This document shows positions 36,706 through 48,300 of a stretch of DNA of 64,000 bases, piece after piece; the stretch's first letter is position 1, and each line of letters starts with the position of its first letter. A model generated the notes under the pieces. It saw only the letters and a program-made list of their open reading frames with translations, searched no databases and was not told the DNA's origin. The position numbers and the translations under genes are program-made. The stretch lies in contig NW_003314296.1 of the NCBI RefSeq assembly GCF_000143415.4, positions 124,001-188,000 on the forward strand, given 5' to 3'. This stretch comes from Selaginella moellendorffii (taxonomy: Eukaryota; Plantae; Lycopodiophyta).

Positions 36706-39519
36706 TTATGAGCCACTCTCGTTGTAAATGTTCGCCATCAACACGTAAGCTGAAGAGTCCCCACAATCAGTCTCCAACACCGACTCAAACGCAAGCTTTC
36801 CAGTCACCTCGTGCCTCCATTTCCGACAGGCACTTAAAACAGTCCTCCAAGTCACTGCATTCGCCTTGAAAGGCATCGACTTTACGAGCTGGACAGCCTC
36901 CTCCACGCGGTTGGCTCTGCCGAGAACGTCCACCATGCAGTGATAGTGAGACATCCCTGGCTCAATGCCGTGCTTGAGTTGCATTGTCTCGAAGTATCTC
37001 TTGCCGGTCTCGCCTAGACCAGCGTGGCTGCAAGCAGTGAGAACCGAGAGGAACGTCACTGAGTCGGGCTCCAGGCCTTGCTCTTGCATCTCCTCGAACA
37101 GCCTCAAAGCGTTCTTGGTGTCACCTTGACGGGCATAGCCTCCAAGCAGCGCGTTCCAGGACACGAGCTTGTCTTTGGCAGCCGAGAGAGCGTCAAAAAC
37201 GCGTTGAGCATCGTCCATGCTCCCCCACTTTCCGTATACATCCACCAAGGTTGCCTCTAGAACCGCACCATCTTCCAGCCCAGCTCTACACATGTTGCCA
37301 TGGATGATCTTTCCACTCTCCAAAACTCCAACGCACTTGAGAAGAGCGATGAAAGTTTGAGCGTCCTGTTCTGGTGGCCTAGACTGGGAGTAGAGCTCCA
37401 TAGCAAGGTCACCGTCACCACTTTCAGCGTATCCCAGCATGAGTGCGGTCCAAGAAAACGTATCATGCACAGGTACCCTGTCAAAAACTTCGCGAGAGTC
37501 GTCCATGCTGCCACACTTTGCCAACATATCCACCAGAGAGCTTGCAACGTAAGCTTTCAGCCCGATCCCAAAGCTCCGAGCCTGTGAGTGTAGCATCCTG
37601 GCTTTTCTCAAGGATTCCACCTTAACGACCTTTCCAGCGAGTTCCTGTCCAGTTTCCTTGGCGGCGAGACAGCTGCAAGCCTTGAACGCAGCGCAAAAAG
37701 TTCTAAAGTCGGGCTTGCAGCACCAGCCGGCACCGAGCATTGCTTGGAATAGCTGCAACGTGAGAGACTCTTCTCCGTTCTCGGCATAGCCAAGCAACAA
37801 GACGTTCCATGAAACAACGTCTTGCGAAACCACCCTGTCAAATACTCTTCGTGCATCCACCAGGCTCCCACACTTCGTGTACATGTCGATGAGCGCGTTG
37901 GTTGTGTAGCTCAGCGAGTCACAGCAGCTGCTCTTGGAGATGATTTTTGAGTGAATATCAAAGCCTTTGACCAGTGAGTTGAGCTTAACGATCTTTCCGC
38001 AGATCTTCTGACCGGTTTCCTTGATGGCGAGACTGCTACAGGCTTTGAGAGCCGTCACAAAAGTGAGATCATTCGGCAAACACTCTCGTTTCTTCTCCAT
38101 AAGATCGATAAGCTCCAGCGCTAGCTCGTCCTCTCCATTCTCCACATACCCCAGTATCATCGAGTTCCACGACGTAACGTCTCGGTCGTTCGTCCTGTCG
38201 AAAACTCTCCGTGCCTCGAGCATGCTTCCACAAACTGTGTACATCTCCAAGAGAGTGTTGGCCACGAAGATATCCACCTCGCAGCCACGGCCAGCAGCTT
38301 CGGCGTGGAGTGAAGCACCTCTCTGTAACGTCTTGATCTTGACAAACTTCCCTTCGAGACCCTGCCGTGGTTCCTCTATAGCTGCCAAGCTGGTGCATGC
38401 CTTCAAAGCAGCGACGAAGCTTCGGCTGTTTGGAGCACAGGACGAGGCTTTCATGTGCTCAAACAGCTCCAAAGCCAGCCCTCCTTCACGGTTTTCCACA
38501 CAGGCCATGATCAAAGCAGTCCACGAGACCACATCATGCCGAGAGATCTCAATCCTGTCAAAAACCCTTCGTGCGTCGAGCAGGCTTCCATACTTCCCAT
38601 ACATGTCGATGAGAGCACTGGCCACGAAGATGTCCGAGGAGTCGAGTCCGAGAGCCTGGGAATGCAAGGCCATCCCTCTTTCCAAGCACCGTATTCTATT
38701 GCCACCAAGATCATCACCTTCTTCTGTCGTTGCAAAACTTCCGCAAGCCTTGAGCGCTGCTACGAAAGTTCTAGCATCTGGATCACATCCCTCTCGTTTC
38801 ATGTACGGGAGAAGCTCCAGAGCTAGCTCGCTTTCTCCATTCTCAACATATCCCATCACCAAAGCGTTCCACAGCACCGTGTTGTGGAAAGGAGCTCTCT
38901 CAAAAACCCTGCGAGCATCCACCAAGCTTCCACACTTCACGTACATGTCGACTAAGGTGGCAGCCACGAAAATATCCGACTCGAATCCACTCTCGCGAGC
39001 CTGGGAATGAAGACCCATTCCAATCTCCAACGATCTCAAGCTAACCATCTGTCCTTTGTCTCGATCATATCCCCCCCTGGCCGAGCAGGCTTTGATCCCA
39101 GCCACAAAGCTTCTTCCATTTGGTCGGATTCCATCTTCCCGCATTCCTCCCAGCAAACCCAGGCAGGCTTCCCCATCCCCAATCTCGGCATAGCCCAGCA
39201 TCAAGCAATTCCACGACACCACATCGCGATTCTTCTTCCCCATGCCGTGGAAGACCTGGATCGCATCATCCAGGCTGCCGCATTTCCCATACATACTCAC
39301 CAGGCTGTTGAGCACGACGCGGTCGGAGCCATGGCCGTTGCGAATCACCTCTTGGTGGATGCGCCGCCCTCGCTCCAGATCTCTGGCGCCGCCGCATTCC
39401 TTGATCCAGGCGATTAGCCGGGACTGCGGTGCTGGCGCCGCTGCTGCTAGCGCATCCGAGAATATCGCAGCCGCAGCGCTGATCTTGCAAAACCCTCTCC
39501 CCCATTGCGCTTGGAACAT
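36706..39519 (-). CDS. PLS-class PPR protein with E domain, no DYW; intronless
   Basis: Repeating P-L-S motifs (DVVSWN..., MYGKCGSL.DA..VF), C-terminal HYHCMVDVLGRAN...WRTVLSAC...SAYVLMANIY; first in-frame ATG at 39519. Confidence 0.93.
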   Translation of the reverse strand: MFQAQWGRGFCKISAAAAIFSDALAAAAPAPQSRLIAWIKECGGARDLERGRRIHQEVIRNGHGSDRVVLNSLVSMYGKCGSLDDAIQVFHGMGKKNRDVVSWNCLMLGYAEIGDGEACLGLLGGMREDGIRPNGRSFVAGIKACSARGGYDRDKGQMVSLRSLEIGMGLHSQARESGFESDIFVAATLVDMYVKCGSLVDARRVFERAPFHNTVLWNALVMGYVENGESELALELLPYMKREGCDPDARTFVAALKACGSFATTEEGDDLGGNRIRCLERGMALHSQALGLDSSDIFVASALIDMYGKYGSLLDARRVFDRIEISRHDVVSWTALIMACVENREGGLALELFEHMKASSCAPNSRSFVAALKACTSLAAIEEPRQGLEGKFVKIKTLQRGASLHAEAAGRGCEVDIFVANTLLEMYTVCGSMLEARRVFDRTNDRDVTSWNSMILGYVENGEDELALELIDLMEKKRECLPNDLTFVTALKACSSLAIKETGQKICGKIVKLNSLVKGFDIHSKIISKSSCCDSLSYTTNALIDMYTKCGSLVDARRVFDRVVSQDVVSWNVLLLGYAENGEESLTLQLFQAMLGAGWCCKPDFRTFCAAFKACSCLAAKETGQELAGKVVKVESLRKARMLHSQARSFGIGLKAYVASSLVDMLAKCGSMDDSREVFDRVPVHDTFSWTALMLGYAESGDGDLAMELYSQSRPPEQDAQTFIALLKCVGVLESGKIIHGNMCRAGLEDGAVLEATLVDVYGKWGSMDDAQRVFDALSAAKDKLVSWNALLGGYARQGDTKNALRLFEEMQEQGLEPDSVTFLSVLTACSHAGLGETGKRYFETMQLKHGIEPGMSHYHCMVDVLGRANRVEEAVQLVKSMPFKANAVTWRTVLSACRKWRHEVTGKLAFESVLETDCGDSSAYVLMANIYNESGS

Positions 39520-39589
39520 CCACAAGCATGGCTGCCTCGACCTAGAAACCCATAAGCCCTAGAATCCAAAAAATTGGCGCGTTTATTTG

Positions 39590-39745
39590 ATTTAGAAGCT
39601 CGAGCTCCATAGCTGGAGTAAAAAACGAATGGATAGAAGCTGGAGCTCCATAGCTGAAGTAGTGGATAGAAGCTGGAGCTCTAGAAGCTTGAGCTCCATA
39701 TGGAAAAATCGATTGGATAGAAGCTCGAGCTCCATAGCTGAAGCG
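39590..39745 (+). repeat. Short imperfect tandem repeats (core GATAGAAGCT(C/G)GAGCTCCATAGCTG)
   Basis: About 4-5 units in the 265-bp gap between the metallophosphoesterase stop and the PPR start. Confidence 0.75.
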
Positions 39746-39784
39746 AAACGTTTTTTTACACAGCGAAGCTTTGAACAACAGTTT

Positions 39785-41199
39785 CTACAGTTGAAAGAGA
39801 TCTTTCTCACTGGCAATGCAAACATCTCCAGCAGCGACTTTCACCCACGTCTCCGTGACCCTTTTAACTTCGTGATCTCGCAGCTCTACCATGGTAAACT
39901 GTCGATTCAATCCTTCTCGCCTGGGAACCACGGCACCATTCACAAAAACCTTGCGATTGAGCGCCGCGACCATCTTGCGCCCCTCGTTTCTGTGCATATG
40001 ACCAAACACCACCAAAGGTATCTCGCACTCTTCTTCGCAAAGTTTTATAGCCTCGGCCAAGTCTGTCGAGGAAAAAGAAATGAAAAAACTGGTATCTTTA
40101 GCGAGAAGTTCTGTACTTACCAGGATCCCCATTGTCTCCACCGCGTCCACTAAAATCTTTACCACAAATATCATGACTTTCTGAGCCCAATCCTGTAAGT
40201 CTTGTGTAAGAAGAGGCATGGAAACAAGCATTTAATACCAGTCGGTCCATTGTGTGCGAGTATCACTACACTGTGATCTTTGGGAGCATCGAGGATGAGC
40301 TCTTTGATCTTCTCGGCACTACCTTTCAGATCCGAAATGCCAAATCTACACGAGAAGTCTTCAAAGGATGAAAAGGAAGAAAAAGTTCTTACAACGGAGA
40401 AAGGAGAGTTTTGCCGTAAACTCCATCACCTCCCATTGCAAATGGCCTCGCTCCAACGACACTAAGTTTTAAGTGACGATAATCCACACGCTTGAATCCT
40501 ACAAACGAGTCTCCAAGCCTGATAAGAAATCGAGAATTATTTCTCTAGACATCCACAAAAAGAGGAACTTACATCTGGATTTGCTGCTCTACAGCAGGCT
40601 TGGATGGTCTCTTGAAAAAAGAAACGAGATATCCAACTAGACGCTCCAGATAGCTGGTTGTAAGCTTCTCGTAGAGCAAGTCGATATTACCGCTAGAAAA
40701 GAGAGATGAAACGAAGAGAAAAAAAAAACAAGGAGAATCAATGAACAAACCCGAGAGCACTCCGGCAGCAGTCATGGTTTCCAAGGATCACGGCCTTGCT
40801 CATGTCAAGCTTGGCCACTTCTCTCACGATTTGCACGTCCTCGTCGCCAAAATCCCCCGTGAATAAGACGATATCCGGCTGATTGAAAGAGATCCGACTG
40901 AGTGATTTTAGTGCCATCTTTTGATTCAAATCTAACGAATTGGCTTGGAGGACTGGACTGTCCTCATCGAAATGGATGAAAGGAATGGTGGCGGCCAGGA
41001 TTTGGGATATGTGTTCTTCCCTCTTTCAGGACATCGTCTATCTTCGTTAACTTACATTGAGGTGTTGCAAGGCTCTCCTGTCAGCTGTGGCATCCCAATC
41101 GCCATGCTGCCATTCAAAACGAAGAGTCTAGAGCAAATCAATGAAGAATCAATGATTTACCACATCGCCCACAACAGCGATTCGCACAAGATCCGCCAT
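39785..41199 (-). CDS. Calcineurin-like metallophosphoesterase, DevT/TIGR04168-like, multi-exon
   Basis: MADLVRIAVVGDV/HGDWD; PDIVLFTGDFG; AVILGNHD; LSVVGARPF; ILAHNGPTGLG; GDNGDPDLAEAI; PLVVFGHMH; VNGAVVPR. Confidence 0.85.
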
Positions 41200-41843
41200 T
41201 TTTCTGTCAACCCTAAAGGGTGACTTGGCATGTTCTATATATATATATACCTTTGATTATACATGTGTGTTTTCCAAGAAAATCTCGGCGCAAGCTGCCA
41301 CCTTTCTCCGACTTCTCCGAAGTGATTGGCTCCACTGTCATCGAGCTCTTCCTTGTCCTCGGCAAAAAAAGTTGTCCAAGCGATGACCATCTGGCAGTGT
41401 CCAGCGGAAACAGCTGAAAACAAGCGATGTATCGCCCACTTTATCTCGGAAAAAACCGCCAGTCACAAACAGGGACTGCTGCTCGTCAATTACCCGCGAT
41501 TAATTAGTCCTCTAGACCCTGTAGAAGATTCGTCGCATTCTGGATGAAATGTCGCTTGAACGATGCACTTATAGGAAGGGGACTTGTAGTTTGATGATCA
41601 AGTCACTTGCCAAATCAAGTTTCTTCAAGTGTTAGAACAGTAAAATCCACAAGACACGAGCAAATGTAGAAGCTGTACTATCTTAGAGACTTACCATTTC
41701 GAGCATTCTTGTTCTCAGCCAATAGTTTTTCCAGGCATGCAGCTCTGGATAATCTCGTTTCTCGTCGCTATAAAACCCGAGACCATCAGAAACCAAAGGC
41801 AGTGTCTTAAGCTTTGCCTCCCCAAAGCATTCTCGATTCAATC

Positions 41844-43450
41844 ATGGAGTCGTCTTCTGGATTCAATTGGTGGATCCTCACTCTGCCTTTCTTCCCCCGG
41901 CATTTAGCCACCGATCATGCATGGAGATCTGTCTTCTCTGCTGCTGCACTGCTCATTCTAGCTGCCATCTCAGCGATCCTGGCTCCTTGGCTTGTTCGCG
42001 GTGGCAATGCATGGGGGAAAGCGCTGAGGAAGAAGCAGAGCATCCCGGGACCCCGAGGATGGCCAGTGCTTGGAGTCTTGACGGAAATGGGAGGCCAAGC
42101 TCACCGAAAGTTGGCCGCGCTTGCCGAGAGGTACCATGCAAAGGAGCTCATGGCATTCAGCCTGGGGAACACGAGGATGATCATAACCAGCAAGCCGGAA
42201 GTGGCACGTGAGTTGCTCAATAGCTCTGAGTTCGCGGACAGGCCCCTCAAGCAGTCGGCTCAGCAGCTCCTGTTTGGACGAGCAATCGGCTTCGCTCCCT
42301 ACGGAGATTACTGGCGTAACTTGCGAAGAATTGCCTCCAACTATCTGTTCTCGCCACGCCAGATTGCTGCTCACGAGCCATCGCGTCAGGCAGAGACAAC
42401 CAGGATGATCGAAGCGATGAGTACCTTTGCAGCGGAAAACGATGGCCTTGTCCGAGTCCGGGACTTTCTCCAGCGAGCTTCGCTTAACAACATCATGCAG
42501 ACAGTGTTCGGCAGGAGATTCGAGGATGGCTCTGAGGATGCCGCTCAGCTCTCTGAGATGGTGAGGGAAGGATTCGAGCTGCTCGGTGCATTCAACTGGG
42601 CTGATCACTTGCCAGTTCTGAAGGCAGTCGACCCCCAGAATATCCTCCAGCGCTGTGCCGTTTTGGTTCCCCGAGTGACGAGCTTTGTCCAGAGGATCAT
42701 CGACGAGCATCGCCAGTCGGTCGATAAGAAAGTTGGCGAAGCCGACTTTGTGGATGTGCTGCTCTCCTTGGATGGCGAGGACAAGCTTATAGATGCGGAC
42801 ATGATCGCAGTTCTCTGGGTAAGAAAATGAACTCTGCCTCTGATTTTTGTTACGACTTACGTGGTGCTTTCCAGGAAATGATTTTTCGAGGCACTGACAC
42901 GGTTGCACTTGCAGAGCTTGTCCTCCATCCTGAAATCCAGAGCAAGTTACGACATGAGATCACTAGCATGGTTGGAGGAAAATCCAAACTTGCTGAGCCT
43001 CATCTCCACAAGATGGTGTACCTCCAGGCCGTCGTGAAGGAGACCCTTCGGATGCATCCTCCGGGTCCCTTGCTCTCCTGGGCTCGGTTGGCGATCCACG
43101 ACGTAAGCTTAGCTGGCCACCACGTCCCCGCAGGCACCACGGCCATGGTAAACATGTGGTCCATCACTCATGATCCTTCCATCTGGTCCGAGCCTGAGAA
43201 ATTCAACCCGGAGAGATTCCTTGAGCAGGACATCGACGTGAAAGGAACCGACTTACGTCTCGCTCCATTTGGAGCTGGTCGTCGAGTGTGTCCCGGACGA
43301 GCTCTTGGCCTTGCGACTGTTCTCCTCTGGACTGCTCGTTTGGTGCAACAGTTCGAGTTCCAGGCAGACCCGACTCATCCCGTGGATCTCACCGAAGTTC
43401 TCAAACTTTCAAGTGAGATGGTCGCACCATTGGTGGTAAAGGTGCTATAG
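41844..43450 (+). CDS. CYP78A: Cytochrome P450 CYP78A, open frame but with an 18-nt in-frame I-helix deletion
   Basis: Exons 41844-42818 and 42875-43450; intact KETLR, PERF and [10 protein letters not shown]; reads [11 protein letters not shown] versus [17 protein letters not shown] in the paralog. Confidence 0.88.
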
Positions 43451-43499
43451 CTGTTTGTACTTCAAACAATTCAGTAAATAAAACTAAAGACAGGAAATG

Positions 43500-43950
43500 T
43501 ACCTGAAAGCAGTCGCCTATCGAGCGATATCACATAAGGTCTCTCGATCTTGGCTCAGATCTTTGCTGCACTCTCGACATGCCCTCGCTGGGCATCCGCC
43601 ACAAGTATGATATTCTAAGAAACGGTGTCGAGGTCAGGCATCTGTTCGAAACAGTGCCTGGCTTGGACGAGATCGTTGCTTTGAAAAAGTGCCTGGATTA
43701 TCGACACCACATTTCGATGTGGCATTCGATGAAAGGCCTCCGCTGTCCCGCGACAGTGCCCTCCTTGGGCATTTGCCGTGACCATAACATTCCAGGAGGA
43801 AAGATTTCGCTGCGAGAGGCGCTCGACAGCGAGTCGAGCTTGAACGAGGCAGCCACTTCATACATGGCGACGAGGATATTCCCAATAAGACTATCGCGAT
43901 CGCAGTCTTAAGCTGGGAGTGGTGCCATCAGGCCCTGCTAGCAGCATACT
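43500..43950 (-). pseudogene. Degenerate PLS-PPR fragment
   Basis: Minus-strand pieces DRDSLIGNILVAMY, SWNVMVTANAQGGHC, S*NIILVADAQRGHVESAAKI, with stops and frameshifts. Confidence 0.65.
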
Positions 43951-44388
43951 TAAGAACTGGTATCATCTAGATTGCCTCTAACGCTTGAACTGGTAATGTG
44001 AAGTATGGTTTTGTTTCAATTGAATAAAACAGTAAATGTGTATATTGTTCCAATGAAACATAGTGACACGATCGACATTTGCTTTGACTTTCTCAAGTTC
44101 TTTTGTAGGCCTGCAAACACAAGAACTACTAAATACCAAGGCTGGGTCAACTTTTTCAAGCAGACTTTTCCTGCATCTTGGTAAAATTGCGTCCCCAGAG
44201 CTCAACTTAAGAATAGTCACCTGATTGCCACCCAAGCCTTCGCATCTTAGAATAGCCATTGGTTTATCAAGCAAGATGCCAGTGATCAGCGATTTCTGAT
44301 CTATGCACAGACATCAGAACACAGGAAAATGATTTTCTCGAGCTCATCACAACAATGTAGAGATTTAATATTAATATTAAGCTTATAG

Positions 44389-45255
44389 TTACTTATTATG
44401 GTCATTCCTTTCCTTGACTGGCCTCTCCCTGGGAGCCGCCCACTCGACATGGAGTATAAGACTATCGTAGCCATAGCCATCGAGCTTCTTCATGGCGCGC
44501 TCGGCATCCTCCCTCCTCACAAAAGTTATGAAAGCAAAGCCACGCCCCAGGCCCGTCTCCCTATCCGACGCCACAAAGATCCGCGAGATACTCCCAAATC
44601 GCCCAAACAGCTCCTGCAAGTCGGCCTCCCTCGTGTCCTCGGACAAGTTGGTCACTCTTAGCGAATTGCCATCGTCTCTATAGCGCATCGTCTCTTTCGA
44701 TCCCGCTCCTCCTCCGGGACGCCGGTTGGGAGCAACGTACTTCCCAGTGCTTTGCTTCGAAGTCACGTCGCCACGATCGCCGTGATCTTCGGCGGGCTTG
44801 ATCACCGCATCATCGTCCTTGAGCAGCAAATCCTTGAAAGGGCACCTCGACGTCCAGTGATCGCCCTTTTTCCCACAGGCCCGGCAAACGATCAAGGACG
44901 TGTTACCGGAGCTGGGCAGCCCCAGATCGACGTTATCGCTGCGGGTGTTCCTCGAGCCGGGCTTCTCGAGCCGGATCTCGTCCACGGAGACGAGCGTCAC
45001 GCCCTCGGTTGCGTTTGCGACGTCGCCGAATCTCTTGAGCTGCTTGCGGTGAAGAACCGCGGGGCTCATCTTCTTCGTCTTCTTCGTCACTCTCACTGTC
45101 TCGATTACCTTGATCAGCTTGCCAGTGTCTTCATTCCTGCGCCACGAGGTGATGATCTTGATCCCCTTCTCGTCTGGCCCGACGACCTTTCTTGGTGGCA
45201 ACACATCGACCTCTTCGTCCTCCACATCACCCCACCGGAAACTCGAGCTCATCAT
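44389..45255 (-). CDS. eIF3g: Eukaryotic translation initiation factor 3 subunit G, intronless CDS
   Basis: FRWGDVED, VVGPDEKGIK, zinc knuckle CRACGKKGDHWTSRCP, GKYVAPNRR, RRM SLRVTNLSEDTREADLQELFGRFG..RGFAFITF..GYGYDSLILHVEWA. Confidence 0.95.
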   Translation of the reverse strand: MMSSSFRWGDVEDEEVDVLPPRKVVGPDEKGIKIITSWRRNEDTGKLIKVIETVRVTKKTKKMSPAVLHRKQLKRFGDVANATEGVTLVSVDEIRLEKPGSRNTRSDNVDLGLPSSGNTSLIVCRACGKKGDHWTSRCPFKDLLLKDDDAVIKPAEDHGDRGDVTSKQSTGKYVAPNRRPGGGAGSKETMRYRDDGNSLRVTNLSEDTREADLQELFGRFGSISRIFVASDRETGLGRGFAFITFVRREDAERAMKKLDGYGYDSLILHVEWAAPRERPVKERNDHNK

Positions 45256-45351
45256 CGTCTTTCTAGGTCTACGCGAAGTTTCAACTTATAAGCTGTAGAA
45301 CGAAAAGGCATAGGCTATAGAAAAAGGTGACGAAAAGGCTTATATATGATC

Positions 45352-48300
45352 TCAGGGATGGTTTCTCAACAGTGTCGCAAACGCTGAGGATGGATTGCTC
45401 GAAAGCACAGGTGGTGCATCGAATTCCACAAGCTTGCCTTCAAATCCACAAAGACAATTGAGTTGAGAGTAAAAAAGAGAGGATCAATCGCGGATTTACC
45501 ATTTTGCAACACGGCAACTAGATCAGTGTTGGAAAGGATTGTTGCCAAGCGGTGTGCTATCGTCACCACAGTGCACTCCTGGAAGTTTTCAGCTATACGA
45601 GTTTGTATGATTCTCTCGGTGGCACTGTCGATCGATGCCGTCGCTTCATCCAACACAACGATCCTTGATTGCTTCAGCAACACTCTGCCAAGGCACAAGA
45701 GTTGCCTTTGTCCCATGCTCCAGTTCTCGCCATCTCCCGAAACTTCAAAAGAACATCACAAACGACAGATCCATCCTAGATCAAATGACAAAACTTCGTT
45801 ACCGAGTGAATCGAGACCAGCTCCCTTGGAAGCCACAGCAGTCATGAGCTCACATTTCCTCAAAACCTGTGTGAAGAACGCAAGTTATTCACACATTACA
45901 AGAGCCATGGTTCATATGCATACATTATACCTCCCATATTCGATCGTCCGAGAACGTACTCAGTGGATCCAAGTTGTAACGTATGCTTCCTTCGAAGAGA
46001 ACGGGGTCCTGCGGGATTATACTCAGCTTGGAACGCAAGAGATGCACGTCCACTGCAGAGATATCGAGACTATCGATGAGAATTTGGCCAGAAGTGAGCT
46101 CCACTGTGCGGAAAATTGCCTGCACGAGTGTCGACTTTCCACTGCCAGTACGTCCCAAGACGCCCACTTTCTTCCCGGCTGGGAACTTGCATGAGATCCC
46201 GCAAAGTGCCATCGGTGCGCTTGGTTTGTACCGAACCTGCGAACAAAAACAAAAAGCTTTAGAACATGCCTCCGACGTTCAAACTTTAAGGAAAGAGCTG
46301 TGATAGAAACCTTGACTTCTTTGAGTTCCAGAGTGCCTAGTTGCGGCCAATCCTCAGCAGGCTGAACATGCTTCCCTCTCCGTGGAGATTGATAATGGAG
46401 TTGTGTATACTGGAGTAGACGCTCGGCCGAGATTATTCTCTTTTCGGTGTCAACTCTACTCCACAGTGTCCATGTCAACACTGTTGTCAAGCTCAAGGCG
46501 TACGTAACAGCAACTCCTGCCGAACCTGGCATTTGGAACCGTGAGCTTTCATCCATCCTAAGAGAGAGTTTTGCAAAAGGAAACAACGTACCTGGACTTT
46601 TGGGGAAAGCAACGAGCAGGAGCATCAAAGCGCAGAAGAAAACGTCGGCAAGGACGCCGATCCTGAGAGCCAGAAACTCCATGGATGCAAAGTTGTGGAA
46701 CTGTGGACGGTTGTTTACGTCGACGAGGTGGAACAATCTCCCGAGAAACTGTGGCTCCCGGTGGAATGCTCGTATCGTGGCGAGGCCGCTCAGGGACTCT
46801 TCAAAGTGGTGAACGATGGGAGCGCGCTGGATCTCCATTAGTCTTGGGAGCTCGCGAATTGTCTTGATGTAATGTCTCTGCGTGGAAAGAGTTTAGAAAG
46901 GAAATAATATTGTAGTCAAGAGCAAATACCTGGAGGTAGTAAGCCACAGAAGCTAGAAACGCGAAGACCGGGAGGACATGCCACGAAACAAATGAAACGA
47001 TGACAATTATTGTAACGAGCTCGGTCATGTAGCCGGCTAGCTCGGACAATCTCAGCGGCACAGAGATATCTACCGAGGTTTGGTCTGTAGAAGCCTGCAA
47101 GCACACACCATCGAGCAAGAAAAAGATTAGCGAGAGAGCTGAAAGACATGCTTACACGATTTAAGATACATCCGATCGGAGTAGTGTCGAAGAACGACAT
47201 AGGAGCGAGGAACACCGAGCGGTACATGCCGAGAAAGAATTTCTGTGAAGTTTTCAATCCCACCACGGCGACAAGCAAGACTCGGCAGAGTGAAGCCAGC
47301 GAGCTTCCCAAAGAGAGCAAACCGAAAACCATGACAAGCTTTGCCTCGGAAGTTCTCGGCCTCGCAACTTCCCATGTCGCGGCTGCTTGCGAGCCTTGAT
47401 AAATAGCCAGTGACACTAAGATCACTGGAATGAGACCTCCTCGATAGACTGATGTTAGATAGGCCCAGTAGACGCCCCCGCTCACACTTCCACACTCCCT
47501 TTGCTCGGCTGCCTCTGGCTCTTCCAACTTTTGCTGGATCTCGGCTGGATCTTCCTTTCGATCCTGATTGGAAGACTCATCCATTGTTGCACTCTCTGCT
47601 GCCGCTCGGCTTTGCTCTGCGCAGTCCACTGATAAGCTCCCGTTCGCCATTACCTGCATGGTCCACGACAAGATCGAAACAAGTTCTACCTGAAAATTTC
47701 TGACAGACTTACGATCACTTTGTCGGCCATTTGGATGGACTGAAGATGATGCGTCACAAGTAGAACGGTCTTCGTGCACAGAATCCCTTGGATACATTCC
47801 TGCAAAGTGCTTAAACTCGTGAACAAAAGAGACAGGGAGTTCGCACTTACCTTGAGAATGTCCCTGGATGTTTGAGTGTCGAGAGCACTGAGAGGATCAT
47901 CCAGGAGATAGATATCAGCATCCTTGTACATGGCTCTTGCGAGCTGGAGTCTTTGCTTTTGTCCCCCACTCAGTGTCACACCTCGATCGCCAATGCGTGT
48001 CTCGTCGCCATGGGTTAGCATCTCCAAGTCTCTCTTGAGCTGGCAAGAAGAGATGATCTTGTCATACTTTTCCTTGTTCATCTCGCTCCCGAACAAGATG
48101 TTCTCCTTCACGGTAGCATGCTGTATCCATGCCGACTGAGAAACGTAAGCAGTTGTGCCTCTCACAATCACCTGAAAGAATTATTTATTTTGTGACAGAG
48201 CCTGTTAAGTAAGGATATCAAATCGTATACCTCTCCACAAAGCTTTGGCATCTGTCCCAGGATACACGAAAGGAGGCTCGACTTGGCAGAACCAACGGCT

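Noticed and set aside
38021-39010. Long antisense ORFs opposite PPR, CYP78A, ABCC and eIF3g
   Set aside because: Shadow frames of GC-rich coding sequence with no recognisable domains.
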